DNA from: a virus
Virus record (IMG/VR): IMGVR_UViG_3300043788_000049
Coordinates: 1 to 64,000 of that record
Reading direction: 5' to 3' (one strand)
DNA: 64,000 nt
The position numbers and the translations under genes are program-made. Of this stretch, positions 19,371 through 31,125 are shown one piece after another; position 1 is the stretch's first letter, and each line of letters starts with the position of its first letter. Under the pieces are notes generated by a model. It searched no databases. It saw only the letters and a list, made by a program, of their open reading frames with translations, and was not told the DNA's origin.

Positions 19371-20014
19371 GAAAGTGCCCTCTCGACCGGCCAGCCGGAG
19401 GTCATGCGCGAGCAAAAAGTGCTGTAGCTGAATGGCGGCGAGGCAAGCCGATAGGCTTCGGCCCAAGTCATTTCCTTGCCGCGAAAGATCGTCCAGCGCG
19501 TGTTACGTTTGTTGTTCGCTTGCTCGATCGGTGTAGCCCAGCGCACGTTGCCCGCTTCGTAATTCCCATCGGTATCAGGAAAGCGATCGAGCGAATGCTT
19601 TGGCGACGGCGATCGGCCCATGTCGGCGAAGAACGCCTCGAACGAATCATCCCATGTCTGGGAGACCGCTACGCCTCTGCCGCCATAGAAAGCGTAATCT
19701 TTGCAGTTCGGATTGTTGCAGCGGTCCCGCATGTTGGCCCAGATGCCGTATTCGCGCGTATCATGCGCTCCGTGTTTCACGGCCATCGGGGCTAGAACTT
19801 CGGTCGCGTGGCGCGTTGCTTGCTCGATATGTAGGCAGCCACAAGACTGGACGCCTTTGTTCCGCAAACTCGCCCCCCTCGCGGTGATCTGGCCGCCGCA
19901 ATCGCAGCGGCACGTCCACAGCGCCGCGCCATATCGGTCGTTGCCCATTTGAGCCAAGACCGTGAGCCGGCCGACCTTGAGGCCCGTCATGTCGATAAAG
20001 CGCGGATGGGCCAC
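19367..20014 (-). CDS. HNH-type homing endonuclease (CxCDCG/SCGC family)
   Basis: GRLTV...WTCRCDCG...SCGC...YGGRG...SLDR..DGNYEAGNVRWAT. Confidence 0.8.
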   Translation of the reverse strand: MAHPRFIDMTGLKVGRLTVLAQMGNDRYGAALWTCRCDCGGQITARGASLRNKGVQSCGCLHIEQATRHATEVLAPMAVKHGAHDTREYGIWANMRDRCNNPNCKDYAFYGGRGVAVSQTWDDSFEAFFADMGRSPSPKHSLDRFPDTDGNYEAGNVRWATPIEQANNKRNTRWTIFRGKEMTWAEAYRLASPPFSYSTFCSRMTSGWPVERALS

Positions 20015-20025
20015 GGTAGGTCGCC

Positions 20026-20262
20026 TTAGTTCTGCGTCCCGAGGCGCGAGGATGCGTAGGCGTCTTGCGCGGTCGGCGCGGCGCTAGGGGGGTTAGCGCC
20101 CTGGCGCCCCATTATCGTGCTCTGCCGGCCGGCGCGCGCCATTGCCGCGGCCGCCTGCTGGCGCTGCGCTTCGAGGACGCTGGGCGAGGTCGGGTCGGGC
20201 ATGGGCGGTGCGGCCGCAACGACCGGCAGGGCGGGTGTTTTAGGGGCAAACAGGCCAGCCAT
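20026..20262 (-). CDS. Small virion protein preceding the portal gene
   Basis: MAGLFAPKTP..PPMPDP...GRQSTI, typical of podovirus host-range/adsorption-like small genes. Confidence 0.6.
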   Translation of the reverse strand: MAGLFAPKTPALPVVAAAPPMPDPTSPSVLEAQRQQAAAAMARAGRQSTIMGRQGANPPSAAPTAQDAYASSRLGTQN

Positions 20263-20266
20263 GGGC

Positions 20267-20476
20267 TCATCTCCGGAAGGAATTCTTGATCTTCTCGAAA
20301 CCGACGTGACAGCGATCGCCTTTTTTGCGACGGCCCTCTGCAATCTCGGCTTCGACCAGCGCCAAATTCGTCTCGTCCTCTAGTGTCTTATCACTCTTCC
20401 GCCTACCAGGGCTAGGAGTCCTCGGGGCGGGGACCGGTTCGAACAGCCGCATGTGGGGGTATTTCTCGTCAGCCAT
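20267..20476 (-). CDS. Hypothetical protein
   Basis: ATG overlaps the end of TerL. Confidence 0.4.
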   Translation of the reverse strand: MADEKYPHMRLFEPVPAPRTPSPGRRKSDKTLEDETNLALVEAEIAEGRRKKGDRCHVGFEKIKNSFRR

Positions 20477-22103
20477 TGCCGCCCCCGAACCCGCGTTTGA
20501 TGTCCGAATAGCCTCTGTTGACGCTGGTCGGCATATCGCGCCCGCCGCCATAAGCCCCGCCGAACCGCCCTTTGCGCAGCGCAGCCTCGCCGGGCGCGTA
20601 GGCCATCACCACAGCGTCGGCGAGGTCCGGTGACCGCCCGAGGCGCTTCTTGATGTCCTTCTTGTCCTCGACTTGGATTTTCAGCATGTCGGGCACAAAG
20701 CACGGCGCCGTAAGCTCGGCCCGCAGCGCGGAATCGTCCGGAAGCTGGATGATCGAGCCGCCGGAGCGGTCTGGATTGAGCGCCTCGCGAAACCGCCACC
20801 ACGCCTCGGCCCGCTTGTTCTCGAAGATGCGGTTGGAGCCGTCCTTCGCCCTGGCTACCGATCCCGCGGAGCCGTTGAACTGAACCGCGGTGATCTGGTT
20901 GTCCTTGAGCCGGCCGACCACATCGCCGCCATAGCCGCCGCTGACGTCGACCACGACGCTGCATCCATCCCGGCGGTGCTGGACGATGAGCGACGCCTGC
21001 TTGGAGCCGTCCGGGGCGTCCTTGCCGGCGACGACGATCAGCGGCGCATACCATTCGCCATGCCGGCGGGCGATGACGACGCGATCCGCGCCGCCCTGGC
21101 CGACGTCGACGCCCATGCTGCTCATCATCAGGTCGCGGCCACCGTCGCGCTTCCACCGTTGTTGGGCGAGCAGGACCCACTCAGTTGGCAGAATCTGATA
21201 GCTCTGGTCCTTTCGCGCGGCGAGAAAGTTTCCATCTCGATAGGCCGACCGGAAGGGTTCTTCGAGGGAATCCAACTTGGACTGATATTCCGGGGTGTTC
21301 AGAGAGGGGTTGTCAGAGAGACTTGCGCGAATGAACGTCCGCGACATCGGAATCACGGGGCGCGGCTCTCCGGGAAACTGATATGGCTCCGGGCCATCCA
21401 CAAACAGGTCATGGCCTTCCGGGTCAGAAACGACCCAACGCAATTCGCCGTCTTGCGCAGGATTAGGATAGTTGTTATCCAACCACGGCGCGAACATGGG
21501 AATCAGCCAATCGCCCCCGGCCGAAATCGGGGGATTCGAGGCTAGGACGACGCGGGTTCGCTGGGTGGCGTCAGCCGATCGCACCCAAGTCATATGAAAT
21601 CTGACAACTTCCTCTGGAATATCAACCACTTCATCGAAGAACTTCGCGTCGAAGGCCGCGCCTTTCCATTTGTCCATCTGCGCGCCGGTAAATTGGACAA
21701 AGCGGCCATCATCCGTCGTCAGGGAAGGTGGATTTGACCCGTTGTAACCCCGCTTCGTCCCGTTGATCTCGATCGCGCGCTTCGTCAGCGCCGTCAGCGC
21801 TGTGAACTCCTGGCGCATGATGAGCGATCTACGATGGGCGGTTAGCGCAAGTCCGAGGAGAAGGTCGCTTTTGCCGCCGGCTGCCTGACCACCGTAAAGG
21901 AGCACGTCGGCCTTTGAGAAGAATGCTTCCGCTTGAGGGCCTGAATTTGCTAGCCATTTTATCCCTCGCGTTGCATCTTCGGCCACTCCCATTATCGCAT
22001 CGCGCGAATCTTTTGGAAGCTGTGCGAGACGCTCGGCGAGTTGATCTAGGGTGAGGCTGCTCCAGCCGGAGAGTGCATCAACAAGCGTGGGGCCATCGGT
22101 CAT
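20469..22103 (-). CDS. terL: Terminase large subunit
   Basis: LYGGQAAGGKS (Walker A), FFDE (Walker B), ASNPP, GVDVG..G.D and RSPDLADA nuclease motifs. Confidence 0.92.
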   Translation of the reverse strand: MTDGPTLVDALSGWSSLTLDQLAERLAQLPKDSRDAIMGVAEDATRGIKWLANSGPQAEAFFSKADVLLYGGQAAGGKSDLLLGLALTAHRRSLIMRQEFTALTALTKRAIEINGTKRGYNGSNPPSLTTDDGRFVQFTGAQMDKWKGAAFDAKFFDEVVDIPEEVVRFHMTWVRSADATQRTRVVLASNPPISAGGDWLIPMFAPWLDNNYPNPAQDGELRWVVSDPEGHDLFVDGPEPYQFPGEPRPVIPMSRTFIRASLSDNPSLNTPEYQSKLDSLEEPFRSAYRDGNFLAARKDQSYQILPTEWVLLAQQRWKRDGGRDLMMSSMGVDVGQGGADRVVIARRHGEWYAPLIVVAGKDAPDGSKQASLIVQHRRDGCSVVVDVSGGYGGDVVGRLKDNQITAVQFNGSAGSVARAKDGSNRIFENKRAEAWWRFREALNPDRSGGSIIQLPDDSALRAELTAPCFVPDMLKIQVEDKKDIKKRLGRSPDLADAVVMAYAPGEAALRKGRFGGAYGGGRDMPTSVNRGYSDIKRGFGGGNG

Positions 22104-22740
22104 CGAGCGGCTCCGTCAGGGCGCGGTGGGCGGACCATCCCTTCGCCATTCGCTTGGCAACTGTATGGCTTTTCATGCCGGCGATTTCGCAGGCCTCCGC
22201 TAGGGCCATTTCGCGACCCATGAAATGGACTATGCGATTGGTGCGCCGGTTTCTCGCCTGTTGCGAAGGCGTGGCCCATCGCACGTTACCGGGGCGGTAG
22301 TCGCCATCCTTATCCGGGAAACGATCAATGGAGTGGACGCGGGAAGGCCGCTTGCCGACATAATCGAAAAACGCCTGAAAATTATCCCGCCATTCATCGC
22401 AGATCGTGATTCCTCGACCGCCGTAGTCTGGATAGTCTTTGTCGTTCTGGTTGAAGCAGCGCCGCTTGATCCGCGACCAAGTCGCATATTCGGGCGTCTC
22501 AAAACGCTCGCCATCAATCGCTGCGGTGTGGCCGTGAGTGAGCGCCTTGTCGCGCGAAAATTCTCGCCGAAAGCATCCGCAGGACGTGGTTTGCCCGTTG
22601 GTTAGGTTCTCGCGAAGCGGCTCAACCGTATTGCCACAATCACATTGGCAGAGCCACGACGATGAGTTCCATTTCACGCCAGCAAAGCGAAGGACGGTCA
22701 GCCGCCCGAACCGCTGACCGGTCATGTCAATCCGAGGCAT
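22078..22740 (-). CDS. HNH-type homing endonuclease (CxCDCG/SCGC family)
   Basis: GQRFGRLTV...CQCDCG...SCGC...YGGRGITIC...SIDR...PGNVRWAT. Confidence 0.82.
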   Translation of the reverse strand: MPRIDMTGQRFGRLTVLRFAGVKWNSSSWLCQCDCGNTVEPLRENLTNGQTTSCGCFRREFSRDKALTHGHTAAIDGERFETPEYATWSRIKRRCFNQNDKDYPDYGGRGITICDEWRDNFQAFFDYVGKRPSRVHSIDRFPDKDGDYRPGNVRWATPSQQARNRRTNRIVHFMGREMALAEACEIAGMKSHTVAKRMAKGWSAHRALTEPLDDRWPHAC

Positions 22741-22746
22741 GAGACC

Positions 22747-23253
22747 TCAGTAGTTGGCGGCGACCAGCTTCGCGCCGACCTGAGCTGGACGATCGCCTAT
22801 CTGAGCGCAGGGGAAGAAGCCGGTGTTGGCGGTGTCGGTGATCGCCAGGATGAAAGCGCCAGCGGCGTTGGTCTGGGCGCGACACATCTTCGAAGTGGTG
22901 CCGGTTCCGATGATCGTGCCGCCGCCGGATGCCGCCGCAAAGCCGCCCGAGGCGGTGGTGGCGGTGAGGCCGATGCCGGTCGCGGCGTCGGAGAGCCACA
23001 CATCGAAATTGATGATGCGGGCGACGTTGTTGCCCAGCGCATCCTGGAGCTGGAAAGTCACGTTGGCGATGTTCGCGCCGCCGGGGGCATAGGAAATAGC
23101 GAAATTGTAAGGAATATTCTTGCCGACGATCGATGGAGCGCCTTGGGTATTGGTGACATCGGTGTTGCCGCTGCCGCCGAGAACCAGATTGCCTTGATCA
23201 TCGATGCCGCACAGCGGCCGATGGAGTTCAGTGAGGATGACGCCAACGGCCAT
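22747..23253 (-). CDS. Ig-like, Gly/Ala/Thr-rich virion accessory protein
   Basis: VTFQLQDALGN (Big-like) motif and composition. Confidence 0.5.
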   Translation of the reverse strand: MAVGVILTELHRPLCGIDDQGNLVLGGSGNTDVTNTQGAPSIVGKNIPYNFAISYAPGGANIANVTFQLQDALGNNVARIINFDVWLSDAATGIGLTATTASGGFAAASGGGTIIGTGTTSKMCRAQTNAAGAFILAITDTANTGFFPCAQIGDRPAQVGAKLVAANY

Positions 23254-23488
23254 GGGGGCTCTCCGTCGCTATATAAAGCGGGTGGGAGCCGTTTAACCAC
23301 AAAATCCGGTGATGCGCCAGCGTGTCATGGCAAGACCTCGCGCCAAATGACTATCTGATGGTCCGGGTAGAATTTTCTGGCGATAGGGTCCCAAAAGAAG
23401 GTGACATGAAGCTTCAGTCTCTCGCGGATGCGCCCCGTCAGGGCTTCAAAATAAACCCAATCCTCAACTTCTGGCGCTTTGATGGGGG

Positions 23489-24079
23489 TCAGTTGGCGCT
23501 CTCGACATAGAGCGTCATCGTGGTCGAAACGCCGGTGGCGCCGGAGCCAGAGATCGCCTCAAGCGTCCAGTAGATGAGCGCGGGGGTCCCGGACTGCAGG
23601 CGCAGAGAGACGACCGTCCCTGCTCCGGTCAGCGGCGAGCAGCGGGCGTAAGCCCCGTCGCCGCCCTGGATCATCGTGCAGGAGAAAGAGCCGAGATAGC
23701 CGGCGGAGCCGGTAGCGATGAGATAGGCCGCGCGATCGCCATTGGTCATGGTCGGCGCGGCGGCCCATAGATCGACCTGGATCGTCTTTGCGGGCCACGC
23801 GGTCGAAGTCGGATCGCTTGAAATCAGCCGAACGCCGGTCAGGATTGTCGGTAGACCTCCCGGCGATCCTGGAGGCACGAAGGACGGGATGACGCCATTC
23901 GCGGGGGAAATCCATTGAGCGGCGGAATAGGCCGTAGTCTGGGTGGTAAGGGTGAAGCTGCTGCTCGGGTCCGCATCGTTGATGGCGAAGGCGGGAGAGC
24001 CGAAGAGAAGCGCGGCCACTAAGGCCAGCCCAGAAAGGTAGGCCGCTAAGGCCAGCCCAGAGAAGATAGAGCGCAGCAT
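23489..24079 (-). CDS. Exported beta-rich protein with signal peptide
   Basis: MLRSIFSGLALAAYLSGLALVAALLFGSPAFA, followed by a Thr/Ser-rich domain. Confidence 0.55.
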   Translation of the reverse strand: MLRSIFSGLALAAYLSGLALVAALLFGSPAFAINDADPSSSFTLTTQTTAYSAAQWISPANGVIPSFVPPGSPGGLPTILTGVRLISSDPTSTAWPAKTIQVDLWAAAPTMTNGDRAAYLIATGSAGYLGSFSCTMIQGGDGAYARCSPLTGAGTVVSLRLQSGTPALIYWTLEAISGSGATGVSTTMTLYVESAN

Positions 24080-24129
24080 CGTGGTGGTCCCTGCCAAGGC
24101 GGCCTTCGGAATAGCACGGCGCGAGCCTG

Positions 24130-27100
24130 TTAGGGAAGGATCAGCGGCGGCCCCTTGACCGTGGCGTCATCGGGTGGGACGAGCCCGGTCTTTTGCTGAA
24201 ATTCAAGATATTCGCCGGAATTGCAGGGCGTGAAGACGACGCGCGCGCGGTCCCAATCTGGCCTACCGCCCGAGGCGTCGGCGGTTTCACGGATTTGCGT
24301 CTTGACGGCTCTGGTCAGTAAATCATCGATCCGGACGTCCTGAGTGTGCCTACGACACAGATGGCAATCGTGCATGCTGACGATGGGCTTGCGGATTTTC
24401 TCGTGCCAGCCAACGAAGGGGACCAGAGCGCAAGGGGCATACGCGCCGTTTTCATCGCATCCATGCGAGTCACAGCGAAACCCGAAGAGAGTGGTCCCTT
24501 CAACTCGACGTGCCATCAGCGGAGCGCCCACTGAACGATCGTGGCGATGAGGGCCACAAAAGCGGACGCGACTATCGCTACTAAGCTCCAATCAAGCCGA
24601 AGCGGCTTGGAGGAGAATGAAACTTGTGATGGCTGCGTCCTTGTCAGGGACTGCCACACCAGATGCTCATTGAGCTTCTCGTTCTTGTCCTCGATCGCGC
24701 CGAGAACATCCATGGCATGGAATAAAGCTCCGGCGCTATCGACGTAATAAATGCCATGGGGCGGCCCATAGCCGTGGACGGTCAGCACATTTCCGCCCCA
24801 ATGGATATTGTAGGCCATCAAAAGGCCATGAGCCGCCTGAGTCGGCGCATAATCCTTGAGCGTCTCGCAATATTCTCTGACCTTTGCGGCATGGTCGGGA
24901 TTGGCAAAGACCGAATCAGCCGGACAATCGAGCTGGGGCGGAACTTCGGGGATGATGGTGGGGGCGGGGGCAGGCTGGCTATAGACGCCGGCCTGTTGAT
25001 AGGTGCCGCCGCCATACGGCTGGGTTGCGAGAACTTGCCCCATCCCCGACAGCCCATTGCCGCCGCCGCCATATTGGCTTAGGGCGTGCTGGTAGGCTTG
25101 GGTGGCGGCGTTCATCTGCGCGAGCATCGCTGGGTGCATCATCCACCCGCCACGAAATCGAGCAGCTCGCGAGCGATTCGGATGAGGTCTGCAGGCGGGG
25201 AGCCAGTGGGTAGCGACGAAGCCGCCATTTTCAGGACCTCCATTCTGATTTCCGGGGTGGCGGCGCTTTTGCCGCCGGATAGCCCCGTTGTCTCTGCGGG
25301 ACGGTCCTTCATGGACTGCGCTTTCATGAGCGCCTGACGGGTTTCCGGGTCGATCCCAGCGGGGAGGGCTGGCGGTGCGCCTTCGTCCTCGGCAGGGGCG
25401 TTCGGGTCGATCACCTGCTTGGGGTTCGGATTGGTCCCGTCAAAGACATGGACGCGCTCTAAGGGCACATGCTTCTCCTTCTTCTCAGTCTTCCGAGCTT
25501 CGAGGGTTGCGGCCCATTGGCGGGCGCGGCGCAGCCGGCGGCTTTCGGACGCCGCCACTTATCGAACCCTCGGCGACGCGCTTGGCGTAGGCCAGAATAT
25601 GCTCGGCCAGCGCTTTCTGGACCTGAACGGGATCGTCATTGCTCAGAACAAGATTGCCCTTGATGTTCGAGCCCTCAATGTCGGGCGACCGGATGATAAG
25701 GGTTATCAGCTTCGAGTGGAACAGCTTCGCGATCTGGGCCAAATCCGCTTGGAGGGCGTGGCCGAGGGCTTCGGGGAGGTCCTTGGTGATCGGGGCGGCG
25801 AGGATGGCGGAGGCGATTTCCTCGTATATGAAATTGGCTTTATGGTCGGGACAATGAGCCCGCGCTATCTCCGCTGCCCGCTCGAAGGCGAGACGACGTT
25901 CAGAGCGGAGAACGCTCGTTGCCCTATCTTGACATTTACATTGAACGTCGGGGGCGCAGAGTAAGGCACACCATTTTCGAGCCTCACTTTGTAATTCCCG
26001 CGCCCTCTCTTCCATCTCGCTCATCTCATCCCCCTTTGGAGCTAGTGAAGAAACTATTCTACACGAACCAAGTACAGGTCCATGCAATATGATCAATCCG
26101 GCTTGACTTAATGCTTCGTCGAGGGTCATGGTATGTTCCCTATCCACCAGCCTTGTATATAATCCAAAGTTGCTGAGCAGTTACAGCAACTATTAAGCCA
26201 GTGATGAACCCGAGTAAAAACAACATCTCATTTCCCTTTGGAGTCGGTCAGCGCGGCGCGGGCGAGCAGCACCATGCTGCCAGTGCGGAGATTAGGATTT
26301 GAAGCGATGTTCTCCAGCGCCTCCCGCAATCGCGCGAGTTCGGATTCGGCTTCCTCTCGCCGTCGGCTTGCGCTAGCCGCCCATATTCGCCAATGCAGCA
26401 CATCATCCTCGAAAGGATGCGCGGTTAGGTTCAACCCCGCGACTGTATCTTGCGCCTCCTGCAGCGCGGCGATGAGACGGCGGATACTTTTGGCATTGCG
26501 AACAATCCACGCGCCGAGATTTTCATAATCGGCTTCGCTGCTAAACTTCGCCGTCTGGTCTATGCGACTAAGCAATTCCCCAATCAGCGCTTCAATCTCG
26601 CTCGGATCGCTCATTCGGTTCTCCTACGATGGGGAGGAAGGAGTGTTTGCTATTTTCTTCTTCGCCTCTTCAAGGCAATGAATGGCGACTTGGATGAGGT
26701 AGGCATTCCGCACATCTGTTGGGTTCTCCCACCACAGCTTTAGATTGCCCTCGGCTTCCCTGACGTTTTTCTGGGCAGTGTCGCCCAGAGGAAGAACAAA
26801 TAATCCCATCTCCCTCTCCCTTTCTCTGCTCAATCAGGTGAACGCGGAACGAAGGGAGTAGTCATGCCATCGGCACTGGGGGATGTTGGGAAAAGTGGCG
26901 CACTTCCGTCTCTGATGTGTTTTATGAAGCGCTGTTGGACCTCATTGGTGGCAGTATCCCAATCCCATTCGATGCCGGTCCAAGCACGAGATGTTTCCTC
27001 GTAAAGAGCCTTGGCGGCTTTAACGATCGTCGTTGCTGAAATAGCGCTCATTCACGGTTCTCCTACGGCGCCCAAACGACACGCGGTCATGCCGGCCGCT

Positions 27101-30100
27101 TTGCGGCTTCGACAATCGACTGGACCATGAGGGCGTCGCGGATGATGGTCGCTACGGCCTCCTGGCGGGTTTTATAGCCAAGGCGGGCGATGAGGCGATC
27201 GAACAGGGCGAGGTCCGGCCCCTCGATCGTGACGATGGCCTGGATCCCGATTACCGGGCGCTTGTCGTCTTCGAGGAGATCATCTTCGGTCAAAGGCCAG
27301 CCTCTTCTGCTGTGAGGATTCGATTATCGCTGCGCCGGTCGAGTTCTTTGGCCGCAGCCCTGAATAATCCGGCCAAGCGGGCCGCGGGGATAAGATTATC
27401 GTCGTCGCGCTGGGTTGCAATGCGAAAGGCGTTGCCGTCGTCCAACTCGACGGTCAGATAAACCCAGACCCCGTGCTCGTCGCCGCCGTAGTTGATGGCG
27501 GTGGATTTGACTTTCATTTGAGCGCCTCGTCGATCATCGCTTGCCAGAACCCTTCTGCAACCTCTGCCGGTTCTCCGATGATTTCTCCAACGCCGCATGC
27601 CGCTACCATCGCCTTGGTCGGCTCGCGCATCGCGGCGATGGCGTCACGCGCGACGGTGCGATGCCAAATCTTCTGGCGATGATCTAACTCGTCCCATGCA
27701 TCGCGACCGGCTATCGCTATTGCCACGCGCTCAACCATCTCGCTCATTTCTTTCTCCACCAGTCCTCGATCCTGACGTCCTCGATACGGTGTCTCCGGGC
27801 ATGCCGTTCGGCCCGGACTGATTCGGCGATCATGAAGGGCGCGATCATCAGCATCGGCAGCAGCCAAATCGGGATGGTGACAATCGCCAGGACGACGAGG
27901 ATGATGGTGTGGCTGAGCGGCTCGTCCATTTTATTTCCCTCTCCCAATCCACCACCACAAAAAACAATATCCGCCCACGAATAGGATCGTGCCGAAGATG
28001 AACACAAGGCCGCCCTCATAGGAGCCCTCATTCATCCCAATTAACCGGCTGGCCGCGAGATTTTTGGGCGCGGGCGCATAAATCTAAGGTCAGAATATCC
28101 TTGCGGATTTGCGCGCCCTGCGCCCAGGCCAGCTCCCGCCACGAGTTGCGGTCTGTGACCATCCAGCCATCGACGATGAATAGAGCCGCCATGATCAGCA
28201 CGTAGACGGCGACGCAGACCTTGCTCATGCCGGCATCCTCTCGATGAACATCTTGTTGATTTCGAACGATCGCTTTTTCCCCTCCCACCGCACGATCACC
28301 GTCTGGGTCGGGTAGTGATCCTTGATCGGGTCGGCCACCACGGTCCCGAAGTCCCCATAGAGGTCGAGCCGGAGCGAACTTTGCCCCAGGTGCGAGAGGC
28401 GGACGATTTCGCCTCTGCGGTAGCGATCGCCGGAGAGATAGGTCACGTCGCTCATTTGTCCGACTTCTTGTCTTCTGACGCTGGTTTCTCGGCCAGATGC
28501 TCTAGAATCCGCTCAGCTAAGGCTTTCGCATCGGATGGGATCATGACGACAGAGGCACGGACGCCTACTTCCCTGCCAATATATTGGTCGAAGAAAAATA
28601 TCCGAATGAGCCCAGGATAGACCATGAAGGCGGCGCTATTGCAGAAAACTGACGGAAAATCTCCATGCTTGGAAATTGTAATGTCCGCCTCCTGGCTCAT
28701 GGATGGCCCTCGTTTAATCGCCTCAAATAATTCCTCGATGCGGCTCATGGCTTTTTCACCCCCATGACGAGTTGCGCCCAGGCGCGGCCGTTGAGCGGGC
28801 ACTGGTGATTGACTTCCGGCGGCTCGGGCTCCGGGAAGGTCGCCCCCACCGTCGCGCGGCTTCGTCGGTGCTCCGCGTAGCGCGCTTTATATTCCGGGCA
28901 ATCTCTGGCGGTCATGCCGTCGAAAAGCTGGGCCTTGCACTCGCCGCAGGTCGCCAGCGGCTTGAGGGCCGGCAATTCGGGCAAGGGCGGCGGCACGGCG
29001 GCGGCGGTGACTTTGGGCTTGCGTGGCTTGCGGGGGGTCATCACCAATTTCCTTCGCCGACGGCCTGACGGGCGATGAAGATAGCTTGGTCCAGCCGATC
29101 GATCGATGAGTGCGCCGGAACGGGATTGTTCTCACGCCATTCCTTGTGCGTCATAAACCGCGCGATTTTCTTGAGCGCGTCTTCCCAGACCTTCGCGACC
29201 CCTGGCTCGGTAAGCCGTGGTTTTGGGGCCTCCACCTTGGCGCAGGCGGAGTTGAGCCGTGCGCGCTGGGTTGGCGAAATGACCCCGTGGCCCTCGGACA
29301 CCGCATAAACCTCGCCGCAAATATCGAGCAGTTCGCGGATGGCCAATTCGGAGGGGATCGTTTTTACCGGATTGGCGAGCAAGGCCAAGTTCCGGGAGAT
29401 CGAGGTCAAGACAGTCAGTTGGGTGATCTGAACCAATCCCCTCAAATCCTCTTTAGGAAATGCCCTGCCGACTTCCCGAATCAGCGCGTTCACAGCCTCA
29501 AGATCGCTCATTTCGCCCTCCGCGCGTGGCTATTCAAATACCGCTCCGGGTTCTTGATCTTCGTCGGCTTGGTCCCCGCCCGGCGGTGATATTTCGCCCA
29601 TCGACGAACACCGCCTCGCACCGGCGGCGTCCCGGCCGCATCACGCTCGCTGGATTTGCTCATTCTGCTTCCCCCTCTTCCTGGCCGCCAGCCTTCGCTC
29701 CGCCAGATACTTCCTCAATTCCCGCGCCGCCTGCGCCAGCGCCTTCTTGGCGTCCGCCTCAGCCCATGCGCGCAGTTCTTCCTCGGTTATTTCCGCTCCC
29801 GCTGTAAGCTCTGCCGCCAATCCGGCCCGATCAATCGCGCCCAGACCTTCCCGATCAGCCGGCGACACCGCCGCTTCGACAGCCTATTACCCAACACCCT
29901 CGGAACCCCCAGCCCCAACAATTCCTCCCGCCACCGCTGGTCCCATTTCAGCAGCCACCCCTCCATCGTCGCACTCCCGAACGGCCCAGCAGCCCCGCTC
30001 CGGTAAATCCTCAGCACAACCCGCCGCGGACTTTCCTTCGACACAGCCCGGATCGGCCGCTTCATTTCGGGGCCTTCTTTCGCTCGCGGTATTTCTCGGC

Positions 30101-30274
30101 GCAGCCACTATCGCAAAACCATAGCCCGTAAACCTTGATCCACGTCCCGGCCTGTAGAGCCCGAAGCGCGCTCCGTCGCGAATAACCAAGCCCTAAATTC
30201 GCCTCCTGGCACCACGGGCAAACTACGCCCCAATCGGCGACAAGCTTCCCATCCCGCGTGTTGTTTGCCGTCAT
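24130..30274 (-). other. Cluster of about 18 small, translationally coupled accessory genes between terS and terL
   Basis: Chain of ATGA/TGATG overlaps, e.g. 24130-24516, 24516-25142, 25139-25558, 26228-26614, 26624-26833, 26830-27051, 27087-27293 (RHH-like), 27290-27517, 27514-27747, 28225-28455, 28452-28748, 29041-29511. Confidence 0.65.
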
Positions 30275-30777
30275 CATGCCACGTCCCTCATAATCCGCCG
30301 CGCCGTGATTTCGACATCCCGGTTCACAAGCCCAGGCCAAATCGCGATTAGCTTTTCCTCCATCGCCCGCGCCTGCTCGCGCGTCGCATAAGTCGCCATC
30401 TTGATCATCTTCGGCCTCACTCCGTGCTCCTGCATCCAGCAATAGACCGCGCTCTCGCGGCTGTGCATGTGCGAAAGCCTGCGGGAGGCCATATCCATCG
30501 TGATCCCCACATAAATCGGGCGGCGGTCACGAGGATCAATCCAATAATAAACGTGGTGGTAAACCGGCCAAATTACGGGGTCCGCTTCTTCCCTCGCCGG
30601 TAGTCCTTCATGTAATCCCGCATATATTCCTTGTGATAACGCTGCCTGTCGAAGGGCTGCTTCGTCGCGGGCTCCGCAGGTTTCGCACTCGGAGGCTCCG
30701 GGGGAGGCACTGGAGCCACATTCGGCACAGACAATTTTTCCTCTTTCGGAGAGATGCTGCTTTTCGAAGGGCGACAT
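30274..30777 (-). CDS. GIY-YIG nuclease-family protein (start uncertain: 30777 or 30573)
   Basis: VYYWIDPRD..IYVGIT...R..SH...AMEEKLI. Confidence 0.7.
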   Translation of the reverse strand: MSPFEKQHLSERGKIVCAECGSSASPGASECETCGARDEAALRQAALSQGIYAGLHEGLPAREEADPVIWPVYHHVYYWIDPRDRRPIYVGITMDMASRRLSHMHSRESAVYCWMQEHGVRPKMIKMATYATREQARAMEEKLIAIWPGLVNRDVEITARRIMRDVA

Positions 30778-30863
30778 GCCGGCTCATCCCAAATGTGGAC
30801 CTGATACGCGAAATGCCGGTGTTCGCAGATCGAGCACATCGGAGGCTCGGAGGCTTTAGCCAT
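30573..30863 (-). CDS. Small protein with C2H2-like N-terminus and basic C-terminus
   Basis: CSICEHRH....H and FDRQRYHKEYMRDYM..YRR. Confidence 0.55.
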   Translation of the reverse strand: MAKASEPPMCSICEHRHFAYQVHIWDEPACRPSKSSISPKEEKLSVPNVAPVPPPEPPSAKPAEPATKQPFDRQRYHKEYMRDYMKDYRRGKKRTP

Positions 30864-30899
30864 CGTGTTAGACCTAACGGCTGGGTTTAACGGCGTCAA

Positions 30900-31120
30900 G
30901 TTAGTTCTAACGCCAGGAGCAAAATATCGCAACTTGCCCGGAAATTTCTGGCCAGATACCGATCCGAAAATTTGGCGAAATCGTCGGTCAGTAGCTGGCG
31001 GCGGATCGAGGCTTCTCTTTCCACAGGCCCCCGGGGTCGCGATTTGACCCCCTCCGGCTTTGAGGGGTGGGGGGCCGCGATCGTTCGAGGTCGCGCGGGA
31101 TGGTCGCTATGCGGTAGCTA
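30900..31120. other. Candidate packaging-initiation/terminus region
   Basis: Non-coding, downstream of terS. G/C runs with inverted repeats (ACCCCCTC...GAGGGGT), AAATTT tracts and a local G/C strand-skew switch. Confidence 0.4.
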
Positions 31121-31125
31121 CGCCC

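Noticed and set aside
1539-21545. Long plus-strand ORFs antisense to structural genes (e.g. 1539-2387, 13953-14882, 16835-17683, 18207-19274)
   Set aside because: Shadow ORFs of high-GC codon bias, with no motifs or SD sequences.
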